Below, piece by piece: positions 1-10,793 of a DNA stretch of 64,000 nucleotides. The notes under the pieces are model-generated. The model searched no databases. It had not been told where the DNA came from and was given only the letters and a program-made list of their open reading frames with translations. Both the position numbers and the translations under genes were made by a program. The number at the start of each line of letters is the position of its first letter. The stretch's first letter is position 1. The stretch is from positions 608,001 through 672,000 of the forward strand of contig OY762654.1 in assembly GCA_963666205.1 (NCBI GenBank), read 5' to 3'. The DNA is from Synergistales bacterium (GTDB lineage Bacteria > Synergistota > Synergistia > Synergistales > JAFGMB01).

Positions 1-316
1 CCCCTGAAAAATTTATCCTGTTTGTGGGAAAAAATCAGTACAAGGAGCAACGTGTGAAGGGATAATATGAAAAAAGAATAAAAGTGCAGTCTGCTGGTCA
101 TCATCGTTAATCCCGGGATTAATAAAGTCAACTTACAGGAATATAAATTATCATATACACAGAAAGATCATAGCATAAGTGCAGGGAACTGCCTTGTGAT
201 AACATTATCTGGGATATCCTGTTTGGCAAATTTGTATGCTTCTTGATATTTTTACAACTCTGGCTGCACCAACTGACTGGATTCTCTACCATACATATTG
301 TTGGGATAAACTGAAT

Positions 317-1438
317 TCATTCAATATAGACCCTTGGGACCCTTTTACTGATAGCAGTCGGGATAGTTGTTACAATACCACCCATCTTTTCAGCCATCTC
401 TTCAAGGGAAATAAAATCATTGCCCTGTTTCCCCAACAGGACAACCTCATCCCCTATTTCCACATTCGGAAGATGACTGACATTTACCATGGTCTGATCC
501 ATACATACCCTTCCCACAACAGGACATCTAACACCCCTGACCAGTACTTCCGTTCCCTTGCCGGAAAGATCCCTGTTGAAACCATCAGCGTAGCCAACTG
601 GTAGAACGGCTATCTTTTCAGTACTGGAGGTACGATAGATCAATCCGTAGCTCAGTCCTCTTCCTGCAGGCACATCTCTGAGAGCAACCACCGCTGTTTT
701 GAACTCGAAACCGGGTTTTATTTCAACTGATCGGACTACTTCAGTAGACGGGTACATACCTACAACTATCTGACCCGGTCTGACACCATCCATTGCCAAC
801 TCGGGTAATGCAAGAGTTGCTCCGGAATTACAGCAGTGTCTGATGCGAAAATTGATTCCCGCAGATTCAATTTCTTTCAGAGTTCTTTCAAATTTATGAT
901 ACTGTCCCCAGGTGTAAGTAAGATCTTTATGGTCCGATATGGCAAAATGGGTGAATACACCTTCCATTACCACTCCGGACATTTCCTTTATCTTCCTGGC
1001 AGCATCCACTGCCTCCTCGGGGAAAAAACCGATCCTGCCCATTCCGGAATCTATTTTTACATGACCGTAAGCAGGCATTTTAAGTTTTTGAGATGCGTTG
1101 GAAAGTGCTTTGGCAATTCCAAGATCATTAATGGCAGCTCTTATCCCATACCTGACATACTCTTCTGCAACTGCGTAGGGTGATGGACCCAACACAAGAA
1201 TCGGAATTCCTATCCCTGCTTCTCTCAGTTCAATAGCTTCATCGGGAGTTGCTACTGCAAAAAAATCCGCGCCAACATCTAAAAGCGTCTTTGCAACCTG
1301 CACTGCTCCTAGATTATAGGCATTGCCTTTTACTACTCCAAAGATTCTCTTACCTTGTCCAATATGTTTCTGGATTGCTTTGTAGTTTTCTTTTATATTC
1401 CCAAGGTGTACTTCCATCCGAGTTGGTCGCCAGGTCAT
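317..1438 (-). CDS. alr: Alanine racemase-family PLP enzyme
   Basis: N-terminal GVVKGNAYNLG (variant of the VKANAYGHG PLP-lysine motif), HVKIDSGMGRIG, FTHFA, NSGA, SYG catalytic Tyr, PVGYADG, GRVCMDQ. Confidence 0.9.
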   Translation of the reverse strand: MTWRPTRMEVHLGNIKENYKAIQKHIGQGKRIFGVVKGNAYNLGAVQVAKTLLDVGADFFAVATPDEAIELREAGIGIPILVLGPSPYAVAEEYVRYGIRAAINDLGIAKALSNASQKLKMPAYGHVKIDSGMGRIGFFPEEAVDAARKIKEMSGVVMEGVFTHFAISDHKDLTYTWGQYHKFERTLKEIESAGINFRIRHCCNSGATLALPELAMDGVRPGQIVVGMYPSTEVVRSVEIKPGFEFKTAVVALRDVPAGRGLSYGLIYRTSSTEKIAVLPVGYADGFNRDLSGKGTEVLVRGVRCPVVGRVCMDQTMVNVSHLPNVEIGDEVVLLGKQGNDFISLEEMAEKMGGIVTTIPTAISKRVPRVYIE

Positions 1439-1553
1439 AATATTCAGCTCCCTTTAATTTTATATCATGAGATGCCTGGATCTATATCTGAACTGGGAAA
1501 TGGATGGGGCAAGAGAAAAAACTCCCCTTGCCCCTCATTGAATAGTAAAGTTT

Positions 1554-3152
1554 TTATCGTTTTCTTAACACTTTACCAGCAGTTTTCCCGGTATGTTTTC
1601 CATATTCTATCGTTTTAACTCCGTTGACGAATACATATTCTATCCCCAGAGGATCCTGACAAGGATTTTCATAAGTAGCCGTATCCTGGATCTTATCCTG
1701 GTCAAAGATGACAAGATCGGCATCCATTCCCTCTCTTACAATGCCCTTTTGCTGAAGTCCAAGTCTGGCCGCGGGGAAACCACTCATCTTATAAACAGCT
1801 TCTTCAAGAGAAAGAGTTTTCTCTTCCCGTACATATTTGCACAGTACCCTGGGGTTAGTTCCATAGGTTCTCGGATGAGCTTTAGCACCCTCTGCAGCTG
1901 GAATAGAATCTGATGCAACCATCGATGAGTGATGCTTCATCACACACTTGACATCATCCTCTGAAATGGAATCATAGCATGCGTTGTCTGCTCCCCTGTT
2001 TGCTATGATTATGTCGAAGGCTGCTTCAAGGGGATCCTTACCCATACTCTCCCCTATTTCAACGAGGGATTTACCTTCGTATTGAGGAGTTTCAGGAGAA
2101 TACAACACTCGGACTCCTTCACAACCATTCGCATGTTGTACCATGTTTTCCCAGTCAGAAGTGGTATTTATCTCTTCTTTAATCCTTTTCCGTATAGAGG
2201 AGTCTCTAAGACGTTCAACAACCTTATCCAGTCCTCCTTCCTGAATCCAGGGGGGAAGAATAGACCTTAAAGTGGTACTGCAGGAGGTATAGGGATAGTG
2301 GTTGACTGTAATATCCACACCCCTGTCACGTGCCTTTTCTATCTCTTCCAGGGTCATTTTGACCAGTCCCCAGTTATTTCTTCCCAGTACCTTATGATGA
2401 GATACCTGAACAGGGATCCCGTTTTTATCTGCTATTTCAATGGTTTCCAGAACTCCTTCTACCACACCTTTCGATTCACTTCTCATGTGAGATTCGTACA
2501 ATCCGTTCCGGTTCTGTAATCCCGCACATACTCGTCCTATCTCTTCGTTAGAAGAGTAAACTCCGGGAGGATAGATCAGGCCGCTGGACAATCCGAAAGC
2601 ACCTTCATTCAAAGAAGATTCAACGAGATATTTCATTTGTGCAATTTCTTCTTCAGTTGCATCTCGTCCTTCAAAGCCCATAACTGATATCCGAATAGTG
2701 CCATGACCAGCAAAAGCAGCTATGTTGGTACCGAGATCGAGACCATCAAGGACACCAAGCCAGTCCGCAAAAGAACTCCATTTCCAGTCAGGTTTGGCCC
2801 CTGCCTTGATAAAGCCGAGGTACTGATCGAGAAGCTTCATCTTGTCCTTCGAGATTGGAGCAGGGCTTAAACCGCACTGGCCTATTCCCTGGGTGGTAAC
2901 ACCCTGTTTCAGTTTAGAGAGAATAAGAGAATCTCTTAAAAGTAAAAAGTCTGAATGTGTATGGATATCTACAAATCCGGGGCATAATATTTTCCCATTT
3001 GCATCTATTATTTCCCCTGTCTCGATATTTTCAGGCAGTTTACCTACAAAAGATATCTTGTTTCCAGTAACCCCGAGATCACTTTTAAACCAGGGCGCCC
3101 CTGTACCATCCACTATCTTTGCATTTTTAATTACCAGATCAAAAGACATCAA
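1554..3152 (-). CDS. N-acyl-D-amino-acid deacylase (D-aminoacylase, amidohydrolase superfamily)
   Basis: DLVIKNAKIVDGTG, PGFVDIHTHSD, QGVTT..GQCG, GLIYPPG, SHMRSE, SHHK, HPRTYG motifs. Confidence 0.88.
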   Translation of the reverse strand: MMSFDLVIKNAKIVDGTGAPWFKSDLGVTGNKISFVGKLPENIETGEIIDANGKILCPGFVDIHTHSDFLLLRDSLILSKLKQGVTTQGIGQCGLSPAPISKDKMKLLDQYLGFIKAGAKPDWKWSSFADWLGVLDGLDLGTNIAAFAGHGTIRISVMGFEGRDATEEEIAQMKYLVESSLNEGAFGLSSGLIYPPGVYSSNEEIGRVCAGLQNRNGLYESHMRSESKGVVEGVLETIEIADKNGIPVQVSHHKVLGRNNWGLVKMTLEEIEKARDRGVDITVNHYPYTSCSTTLRSILPPWIQEGGLDKVVERLRDSSIRKRIKEEINTTSDWENMVQHANGCEGVRVLYSPETPQYEGKSLVEIGESMGKDPLEAAFDIIIANRGADNACYDSISEDDVKCVMKHHSSMVASDSIPAAEGAKAHPRTYGTNPRVLCKYVREEKTLSLEEAVYKMSGFPAARLGLQQKGIVREGMDADLVIFDQDKIQDTATYENPCQDPLGIEYVFVNGVKTIEYGKHTGKTAGKVLRKR

Positions 3153-3198
3153 AGAACGCCTTCTTTCAGAAAATGAATTGTGAACTTATCCCGAACAT

Positions 3199-4536
3199 TT
3201 ACCATGGCCCCACAACCTGAGATCCAAGAAGTAGACTTGGCAACCAGCATGAAAGAGCGGGGATATATGTTGTAAGTAACAAAACAGGAATTCCGACAAA
3301 AAAGAGGAATAACAACATTATTGGGACAAGATCGGTATATGAGCATCCGGATAATCTGCTTCCAACAAATATAGACATCGCAAAGGGAGGGGTAACAACT
3401 CCAAGACCTACATTAAGGATTACGATTGCTCCTAAATGCACCAGATTGACTCCTATTTCCTGCATCAGGGGAAGAATCAGGGGGACAGAAAGGATAAGAA
3501 CAGGCACACCGTCCATGAACATTCCAAGCAGGAGCAGGAAGATATTCAGCGAGAGCAGGATCAAGGCTTTGCTTTCAAACAAGCCGAGGATAAAACCAGC
3601 CAGCTCCTGGGCTACCCCAACCCTGATCAGATATCTTGCAAATACTGTACCCGAGGCAATGAGCAGGGCAATAACCCCCATAGAAACAAGGGAAGAATAT
3701 GTAGCAGACCATAGCTTTTTGAGTGTCAATTCCCTGTAAACCCAAAAACCTATTATCAGACAGTAAACTACCGCTATCGCACCAGCCTCGTTAGGTGTAC
3801 ATATTCCTCCGTATATCCCTATCAGGATCACCAGGGGACACCCCAGAGCTGGTAAGGCAACCCATGTAGATTTTTTGAGTTCTATAAACCTCTCTTTTAA
3901 GGATTGAGACTCTTCCGGTATTTGGGTAGCGATAGTCTGGTCCATATAACGGGGACAGATAAAGTAATTAAGGATAGCATAACCGATTGCGAGCAACAGA
4001 CCAGGGAAAACAGTAGAAAGAAAAAGGGCTGATACAGATTGCTGAGCAACAAGACAATAGATCAAAGCGGGAACACTTGGCGGAATCAGATAACCCAGAA
4101 AACTGGAAGAACAAAGGAGAGCTGTAGTGTATTTCCTTTGATAACCGTATTTCTCCAATCTTGGAACCAGCAAAGGTATCAAGGCAGAGATACAGGGAAC
4201 CGATGAACCAGTAAGAGCACTCAGGAATACAGTAGATACTATCCCTACTGCTTCCATGCCCCCCCTGACTTTCCCGACCAGAGCATAAGAAAACCTTACA
4301 ATACGATCGGCAAGACCAGCCTCGGATATAAGGCTGCCTGCATACACAAAGAAGGCTATAGCCATGATCACATAACTGTTCAGGGAATGGTAAAAGGTAT
4401 TGGCAATAAAAGATAAAGGCATTCCTCCAACAAGGACCCCGGTCGCTGAACTCGCAATAAAGAGCCATCCCAGAGGAACTCCTCCAAAAAGACCAAAGAA
4501 AAACACAGCAAGAGCTAAAAAAATCCCCAAAGTCAT
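3199..4536 (-). CDS. dctM: TRAP transporter large permease (DctM)
   Basis: Polytopic membrane protein with LIPPSVP, GICTPNEAGA and GVVTPPF motifs; adjacent to DctQ/DctP. Confidence 0.9.
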   Translation of the reverse strand: MTLGIFLALAVFFFGLFGGVPLGWLFIASSATGVLVGGMPLSFIANTFYHSLNSYVIMAIAFFVYAGSLISEAGLADRIVRFSYALVGKVRGGMEAVGIVSTVFLSALTGSSVPCISALIPLLVPRLEKYGYQRKYTTALLCSSSFLGYLIPPSVPALIYCLVAQQSVSALFLSTVFPGLLLAIGYAILNYFICPRYMDQTIATQIPEESQSLKERFIELKKSTWVALPALGCPLVILIGIYGGICTPNEAGAIAVVYCLIIGFWVYRELTLKKLWSATYSSLVSMGVIALLIASGTVFARYLIRVGVAQELAGFILGLFESKALILLSLNIFLLLLGMFMDGVPVLILSVPLILPLMQEIGVNLVHLGAIVILNVGLGVVTPPFAMSIFVGSRLSGCSYTDLVPIMLLFLFFVGIPVLLLTTYIPALSCWLPSLLLGSQVVGPW

Positions 4537-5066
4537 TCCTCTTGACCCTCCTCATTTGTGGAAACGATCTTCTTCATACCTTTGAATCTTGAAAATAGAA
4601 TAAAGATCATATGGAAAATACAGAGTATAAGCATTACAAACATTGATTCAGCAAGCCAGCTGGTGTTAAACCATCTTACCAATGTTCCATACTCTGGATA
4701 GTTCAGTGCTCTGAGGGTAAACCTCCATACCGGAGACGCAAAAACAAAGAGGATAATCAGTGATATCAGATTAAGTATTGTTTTATAAATAGAATGCATT
4801 CTGGGATTTTTCCCAAAGAACATCTCTGCAAAAACATCTACGGAAGTATGTCCTTCTTCTCTTGTAGTAAGAGATATTGTAAGAAACATTGAAAACACAA
4901 ATAAATAAAGAGCCAGGTCATTCAGCCACATGATCTCCATATGCAACCAATAACGGTTAATTACCTGAAAAAAGACCAGGAAGGTTGTTAATATCAGACC
5001 AACCGAACACACAGCATTTTCAAACAAGCGGATAAACCTGTTCAAATTGTTAATTAAAGAACTCAT
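4533..5066 (-). CDS. dctQ: TRAP transporter small permease (DctQ)
   Basis: Four TM segments, QVINRY, GHTSVD; start moved to MSSLINN (ATG at 5066) behind a GGGGGG RBS-like run. Confidence 0.85.
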   Translation of the reverse strand: MSSLINNLNRFIRLFENAVCSVGLILTTFLVFFQVINRYWLHMEIMWLNDLALYLFVFSMFLTISLTTREEGHTSVDVFAEMFFGKNPRMHSIYKTILNLISLIILFVFASPVWRFTLRALNYPEYGTLVRWFNTSWLAESMFVMLILCIFHMIFILFSRFKGMKKIVSTNEEGQEE

Positions 5067-5140
5067 ACAATTCCCCCCTGAAGGAAATGGTAATGGATAG
5101 TGGGGCCACTGCGATAAAGGAATCAACAATTTTGAGAATC

Positions 5141-5170
5141 ATTAGTGGGATGGATACCCATCCCACTAAT
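5141..5170. other. Perfect intergenic hairpin between dctP and dctQ (probable mRNA-stabilising/processing stem)
   Basis: ATTAGTGGGATGG-ATAC-CCATCCCACTAAT, 13-bp perfect stem without a U-tract. Confidence 0.6.
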
Positions 5171-5241
5171 AGTGCGGTTCTTACTTATCAATCAGATAGA
5201 TATGTCGCAAATGGCATATGATTCAAAGATTCTGTGCCAGG

Positions 5242-6315
5242 TTATTTTTTTGCCAGGACTTCCTCATGAATGCTCTTTAATTCATCCTGTACTTTCTGAG
5301 TCATATTCTGTCCAGGATAATGTTTTTCCAGCCAGGGCTTACACAGTTCTTCCCATATCCCCGTCATACTGGACTTTGACCTCCACTCTTCCCTTTCTTC
5401 TGCTGTCAGACGAACAATTGTAAATCCCTCTTTGCCTTCAAGTTCTTTTACAAAGTCCGCTTCAGCAGCCTCACCTCTCTCGTAAAGGAAAGCTTCTGCT
5501 TCGGAAGCAGCCCTGTTGACCGCTTCCTGTAATTCAGGTGACAGGGAATCCCAGAGTTTCTTGTTAATAACTATGTTATTGTTATCCCAGAGAAAGTTGA
5601 CATCTGAATAGAATTTAAGAACCTCATAGTGTCTTTCCTGAATCAGGGAAGGCCACATGTCCCAACAGCCATCAACAACTCCTCTGGAAAGTGCATTGTA
5701 AAGCTCTGCCCATGGAAGGGTCTGAAGGGTCATACCGGTTCCCTTGCCCATATTTTCCAGCATTTTGACAGCAGCGAGAGAAGCAGAAACTCTCATTTTC
5801 AGGTCTTTCAGATCTGAAGGAGTTCTAAGGGCTCTGACAGTATTGCCCAAACCGTATGAACCCTGAGAAACGTTAAACAGGAGATGGCCGCCTACTTCAT
5901 TCCATGCTGTTTCCATTACCCTGTACAGGATGCCGGAAGGATTGGCATAGGCTATCTTTGCTTCATCCCAGCTCTCGATTGTCCAGGGCATCCAGTTCAT
6001 CATTCCGCCAGGAACTATACTCACATAGGGCGAGAATGCGCCGACTTCGATGCTGCCATCCTGCATTCCATGGAAAGATTCGTCATGAGTTCCAAGCAAT
6101 CCATCTCCAAAAAACTTGATCTTGATCTGACCATTGGAATACTCTTCCACTTTTTCACAAAAAAGCTTATAGCCTTCATTGCTAAGAGGACGAGTCCAAG
6201 GCTGAGCAAATGACCAGTTATACTTCGCTTTAGCGATAGCAGAACCAGGGATTAAACATACAAAAAGAGCTAAAATAACAAAAAAACACAAATGTTTCCT
6301 TGTAAACCTGAACAT
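5242..6315 (-). CDS. dctP: TRAP transporter substrate-binding protein (DctP)
   Basis: Signal peptide, SNGQIKIKFFGDGLLG, DLKDLKMRV, ELYNALSRGVVDG; start at MFRFTRK behind GAGAGGTG. Confidence 0.88.
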   Translation of the reverse strand: MFRFTRKHLCFFVILALFVCLIPGSAIAKAKYNWSFAQPWTRPLSNEGYKLFCEKVEEYSNGQIKIKFFGDGLLGTHDESFHGMQDGSIEVGAFSPYVSIVPGGMMNWMPWTIESWDEAKIAYANPSGILYRVMETAWNEVGGHLLFNVSQGSYGLGNTVRALRTPSDLKDLKMRVSASLAAVKMLENMGKGTGMTLQTLPWAELYNALSRGVVDGCWDMWPSLIQERHYEVLKFYSDVNFLWDNNNIVINKKLWDSLSPELQEAVNRAASEAEAFLYERGEAAEADFVKELEGKEGFTIVRLTAEEREEWRSKSSMTGIWEELCKPWLEKHYPGQNMTQKVQDELKSIHEEVLAKK

Positions 6316-6711
6316 TTCGCAACACCTCTCTGGATTAAAGTTTAGTAACACGGTCTCTACTCTATTTACACAAAATCTGTCTTGTTAGCCTCCTTTCTAA
6401 AAAATGGTCAGGTAAAATTTATGTCATTGGAATGGTTTATATCTGGTAATAAATATCAAAAAGAGGTCCTCATAAAGAAGGAGATAAAACAGACTGGCAA
6501 TAACTCGCAGTTATGAATGAAAAATGATCTGAACAAGAATTACTAATTATAATTAATACAGGATACATTTAAGTAATAAGCTGAAATAATGAAATTATTA
6601 TAAAGATATTTTCGATTATATCAATATTCTGATATCACATATTTCCCAGAGATCTTTGTTCTGTTGTAATAAAAGACTATTGGACGAAGTTCTGACGGGT
6701 ATTTAAAAACT

Positions 6712-8328
6712 CTAGTGCTGAAAATATATTTTGAGGCAAAAGGCTAAATTCAGGCGGGTTTCTGGATCGTTAGTGTCAATATCCAGAATCGATTCAATTA
6801 AATTAATCCGGTATTTAACAGTATTATAATGAATGGATAAAGAGCGTGCTGCTTCTCTATAAACCCAATTATGCTCTAAAAGGCAAAGCAAGGTGTCAAT
6901 TAGACCTGAATGATGAAGATCATCATACTGGACGATCTTTCCCAGGAAACTATCAAAATACACTTGGAATTCCTGTGAATCCAAAGAATGGAAAAACTTA
7001 TACAATCCAAGTTCATCCCAGAACAGGACATCCTTGGGTTGGGTTGAATTTAAAAAAGACAAGGTTTTTTCTGCTTCTTTATAGCTCTTATGTGCATCTC
7101 TAAGCCTCTGATGGAAACCTCCAATCCCTATTTTAATCTTGGGATTACCTGCGGATGATATGTCCTTTATCAGATGTTCGAGAAGATTTCTAAAATGTTC
7201 CACCTGTTGCTCATATTCTTCTCGAGAAGAATTTATCAGGAAGATTATGGAACGACTCATCGTTGTATAACAATAATTATTTGAGAACGATTCAATATGT
7301 TTCTTTGTAACTAAAAGAGCCTGATCTCTAAATTTAAATAAAGAATCTTCATCTGGAATAGCATTTTCCAGGGTTTGACTCATTGGGAGAATACGTAAAA
7401 TAAGTGCAAGAACACCTCCGGAAGAATCCCAATCAATAAACCCTGACCTATGTCTTATTTCTTCTTCACTTGATATTCGATTATAAAGAAGATCAAAAAC
7501 AAACTCGTCTCTTCTCCGGCTTTCTCTATAAAGATCAGATTCTTTTCTTTGGAGTTCAAGTTTCAGAACTGTACTCCCATGTATAAGAGCATTCTGAGTT
7601 ATTACATGAGTTTTAGAGGATTTCTGTAAACTGTCCAGGATAAGAAAACCATATACAGTTTCACCTATTTGCACCTTCTCGTAAATGTAAAATGACAGAA
7701 TCTGATCTAAAGGCAAAGATTTAATGTTGAATAAAAATTCCTCTGAAATACCCGAATAGTATCTTTTTTTAAAATGAACATCGATAAAACATACATCAAG
7801 ACCGGTAATCTCATGAAGAGCTTCCACGATTTTCTGTGAACCTCCTCCATCTGCTACCAGGTTAGTTAAGGTCCTATGGATGTAATATGAGTTCTTTAAA
7901 TCCTGAGCCTGAGTATTTATTATCATGGATAACGCAGGATTCAATATATCGATAAATGCAAAGTCCATAGGATAAGACAGTATGGGGAAAGACAGTTCAT
8001 CTGATATCTCATAGACTTTCCGGGGTAACACATCAATAAATCGGCCCACTTTAAGGCAAAGACCTGCTGCATTTCGGGAATTCAATCCCTTGATGACTTC
8101 ACATAAATGCAAAGGATTGTCCTTCCAAAGGAATCCCGTAGATAAAATTATTTCTCCCCCTCGAATATATTGCCAGAAATCAAGATTATCGAGGACAGTA
8201 ATTGACTGGACACTCCGTTTTAACCCCAGAGCACCAGAGAGTACCTGAATATCTTTAAGCTTTTCGTGATTCAGGAAAGATCTTAAAGTTAGACTGGAAT
8301 TGAAAATTAGATTATCAGTGCGATCCAT
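6712..8328 (-). CDS. PucR/CdaR-family transcriptional regulator
   Basis: N-terminal PucR ligand domain (GGEIILSTG), C-terminal HTH (AARSLSIHYNTVKYRINLIE). Confidence 0.88.
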   Translation of the reverse strand: MDRTDNLIFNSSLTLRSFLNHEKLKDIQVLSGALGLKRSVQSITVLDNLDFWQYIRGGEIILSTGFLWKDNPLHLCEVIKGLNSRNAAGLCLKVGRFIDVLPRKVYEISDELSFPILSYPMDFAFIDILNPALSMIINTQAQDLKNSYYIHRTLTNLVADGGGSQKIVEALHEITGLDVCFIDVHFKKRYYSGISEEFLFNIKSLPLDQILSFYIYEKVQIGETVYGFLILDSLQKSSKTHVITQNALIHGSTVLKLELQRKESDLYRESRRRDEFVFDLLYNRISSEEEIRHRSGFIDWDSSGGVLALILRILPMSQTLENAIPDEDSLFKFRDQALLVTKKHIESFSNNYCYTTMSRSIIFLINSSREEYEQQVEHFRNLLEHLIKDISSAGNPKIKIGIGGFHQRLRDAHKSYKEAEKTLSFLNSTQPKDVLFWDELGLYKFFHSLDSQEFQVYFDSFLGKIVQYDDLHHSGLIDTLLCLLEHNWVYREAARSLSIHYNTVKYRINLIESILDIDTNDPETRLNLAFCLKIYFQH

Positions 8329-8429
8329 ATATCCATTCCCTCTAGTTACAGTCTCTAAAACTGAAATAATATCCTTCCATATTTGGAACTCTTACTCTAA
8401 CTATCCATCAGATAAAAGTATAGTAAGGC

Positions 8430-8455
8430 AAAAAGGCGGGTTTCCCCGCCTTTTT
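8430..8455. terminator. Bidirectional rho-independent terminator
   Basis: AAAAAGGCGGG-TTTC-CCCGCCTTTTT. Confidence 0.75.
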
Positions 8456-8534
8456 AATCCCTTTTATCTTTCTGTACGATAAACATCTCATCATCAGAAG
8501 ACATTCTTGCTGTTCTAACTAATTCAGCTTAGCT

Positions 8535-9254
8535 CTATTCTCCGTTCAGAATAGTTTCAAGTTCGGAAATTACAGCTGAAAGCTTGTCCAGTTCAGCCTT
8601 CTTTGCCTCAAGATCCTTCTTGAGCCATTCCTCATGACGATTCGCAGTGGATTGGATACCATTTACCTCTGTGTCAAAATCGTTCATGCTGTTTTTGATA
8701 GACGTGATATATCTTTCAGCCTTTTTGATGCGAACTTCCTGCTTCTCAGATGCAGCCAGAAGATTATCATAGTTAGCCTTCAAATCTTCCATGGCTTTGG
8801 TCTGGGCTGCAGTCGTTTCAACCATCTGGGCATTCATATTATCCAGTTTGGCATCTATCTTGTTCCAGAGTGTATTGAATACAGAAATAACTATGATCAC
8901 AAGAAGGATTATCAGCCACCACGACTTCTTCTTGTGATTGGTAACCATAGGTTCTTCCTCAATTACCTCTTCTACTGGTTCCTCATCTTCTTCGGGAGTT
9001 TCTACAGATTCTTCTTTCATCTCAGCACATTCTTCCGAGCATTCCTGACTTGCTTCTTCAGAACACTCTTCTTCAGAACACTCCTCATCAGGACATTCTT
9101 CAAGACACTCCTGACATTCTTCTTCAGGACATTCTTCAGATTCACAAACAGGCTCGGGATCTTCCGGCTTCAGCTCAGGATTTTCTTCCGGCTCAAGGAT
9201 TTCTTCGGGTTCAAGATTCTCTTCCGGTATTTGTTTGTTCATATCTTCTGGCAT
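8535..9254 (-). CDS. Hypothetical bitopic membrane protein with Glu/Cys-rich acidic N-terminus and C-terminal coiled coil
   Basis: EEC-type repeats, KKKSWW followed by one TM helix, then a heptad-rich tail; GGAGGGG RBS. Confidence 0.7.
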   Translation of the reverse strand: MPEDMNKQIPEENLEPEEILEPEENPELKPEDPEPVCESEECPEEECQECLEECPDEECSEEECSEEASQECSEECAEMKEESVETPEEDEEPVEEVIEEEPMVTNHKKKSWWLIILLVIIVISVFNTLWNKIDAKLDNMNAQMVETTAAQTKAMEDLKANYDNLLAASEKQEVRIKKAERYITSIKNSMNDFDTEVNGIQSTANRHEEWLKKDLEAKKAELDKLSAVISELETILNGE

Positions 9255-9508
9255 TCTATCCCCTCCAAGCTAGTATTATGAGAAAACCCTCTGCAAGTAC
9301 AAAAAGGCACAGAGCTCTCCCTGAAAGTACACCTCTGGAAAGATTCTACGACAACCCTTCCTAAACCTCAATATTATAACAGCAAAAAAGAGATCCTTGC
9401 GGCCTGATTTATGCTTTCTTCTCGTAGGGAAAATGAAAAGACAAAGGGGAAATTATGATAATATCATTAGAGGCTGACTAAAAGCAGGATAAATAAAGGA
9501 GCAAAGAG

Positions 9509-9994
9509 ATGGTCTGGAAAATAATGAGAGGTACAAAAAAAAAGAAGGTCCCGCTTTCAACTTCTGAAATCATTCGAAGAGGACTACTTTCTCATGAGAG
9601 CCTTGAGTGGGCCAGGGAGAAAAGACTCACCATATTCAACCCCCCCTTCTGGGGGATCCACCATGTCTATATAGATCAACAACTGTGCCATGCAGTTATC
9701 TGCATAAAAGAAAACCGGACAGCATATGTATTTCTGGGTAATTCCACTGGAGCATCAAGCTGGGTCAGCTATGACCCTTTGCAAAAACCCGTTGAAGAAA
9801 ATTTCATTTCAGAGGAGAAGCTCCAATGGAGCATCTTTGACGATTATGTGATCTATAGAGGCTCTCTTCTTCCAGCCACCAGAGATCCATATCACTGGGG
9901 CAAGGTCATAGAATGCCAAAGCTTTAAAGAAAAGATAACGCCTGTCTGGATAGCTGGTCAGATAAGAGAACTCATTAGTGAATTTTCCTGTTGA
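9509..9994 (+). CDS. Hypothetical protein
   Basis: 161-aa ORF with AAGGAG RBS; no family recognised. Confidence 0.6.
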   Translation: MVWKIMRGTKKKKVPLSTSEIIRRGLLSHESLEWAREKRLTIFNPPFWGIHHVYIDQQLCHAVICIKENRTAYVFLGNSTGASSWVSYDPLQKPVEENFISEEKLQWSIFDDYVIYRGSLLPATRDPYHWGKVIECQSFKEKITPVWIAGQIRELISEFSC

Positions 9995-10011
9995 TCCCGG
10001 AATAAATCCTC

Positions 10012-10656
10012 TCAGGTCCTCTGGCCATAGGATTGAAATTTTTCAGTTATCCTGACCATCTCTTCTTCGGGAAGGACAATGGGCTCACCGACACACCTGG
10101 TTCTCCAGTAGACCTGGGATATAAATTCGACAGTTTCGGCCCTGTTGAAGCCTGATTCCAGGTCTTCCCCCACTGTAACCAGTCCATGATTTGCCATTAG
10201 AACTGCATTAAAGTCCTTTATATATTCAGTGACTACTGTGGCGAGTTCAGAAGTTCCATAAGTAGCATAGGGAGCAACGGGTACTTTTGAACCAGACAGG
10301 GCGACAAGGTAACTGATGGGAGGAATTTCCCATCCAAGAGAGGCAAGGGTGGTAGCAAAAACGGAATGGACGTGAATTACAGCATTAACATCAGATCTTG
10401 CCCTGTAAAGATAAAGATGAAGATCCTTTTCGCTGGTAGGTTTCCTTTTTCCTTCCACCAGGTTCCCCTCAAGATCAAGGATAACCACATCTTTCTTAAG
10501 GGTTTTAAAATAATCCATACCGCTGGGACTAACGGCGATAAGTCCTTCTCTGCGATTGAAAATACTGAGGTTACCTCCGGTGCCACTGGTCAATCCACTG
10601 GAAACAAGTTTCTGACCATATTCAACTATCAATTCCCTTTCTCTGTCAAGTTTCAA
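10012..10656 (-). CDS. Class II aldolase (L-fuculose-phosphate aldolase-like)
   Basis: GTGGNLS, SPSG, PTSE, HVHS, NHG Zn-binding motifs; TTG start behind GGAGGAGG. Confidence 0.85.
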   Translation of the reverse strand: MKLDRERELIVEYGQKLVSSGLTSGTGGNLSIFNRREGLIAVSPSGMDYFKTLKKDVVILDLEGNLVEGKRKPTSEKDLHLYLYRARSDVNAVIHVHSVFATTLASLGWEIPPISYLVALSGSKVPVAPYATYGTSELATVVTEYIKDFNAVLMANHGLVTVGEDLESGFNRAETVEFISQVYWRTRCVGEPIVLPEEEMVRITEKFQSYGQRT

Positions 10657-10793
10657 ACAAATCCTCCTCCCGGTCAGACAGGATCCCGTGGCGCAGATTC
10701 CTGAATTTAGCAAATTCACAATGATAATTTATAATACCACCAGCGAGAGAAAAATAATTCGAACAATTCATAAAAGTGATTGAGGGAGAATTT

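Noticed and set aside
236-604. 122-aa + strand ORF at the window start
   Set aside because: It is largely antisense to alr and has no motif support.
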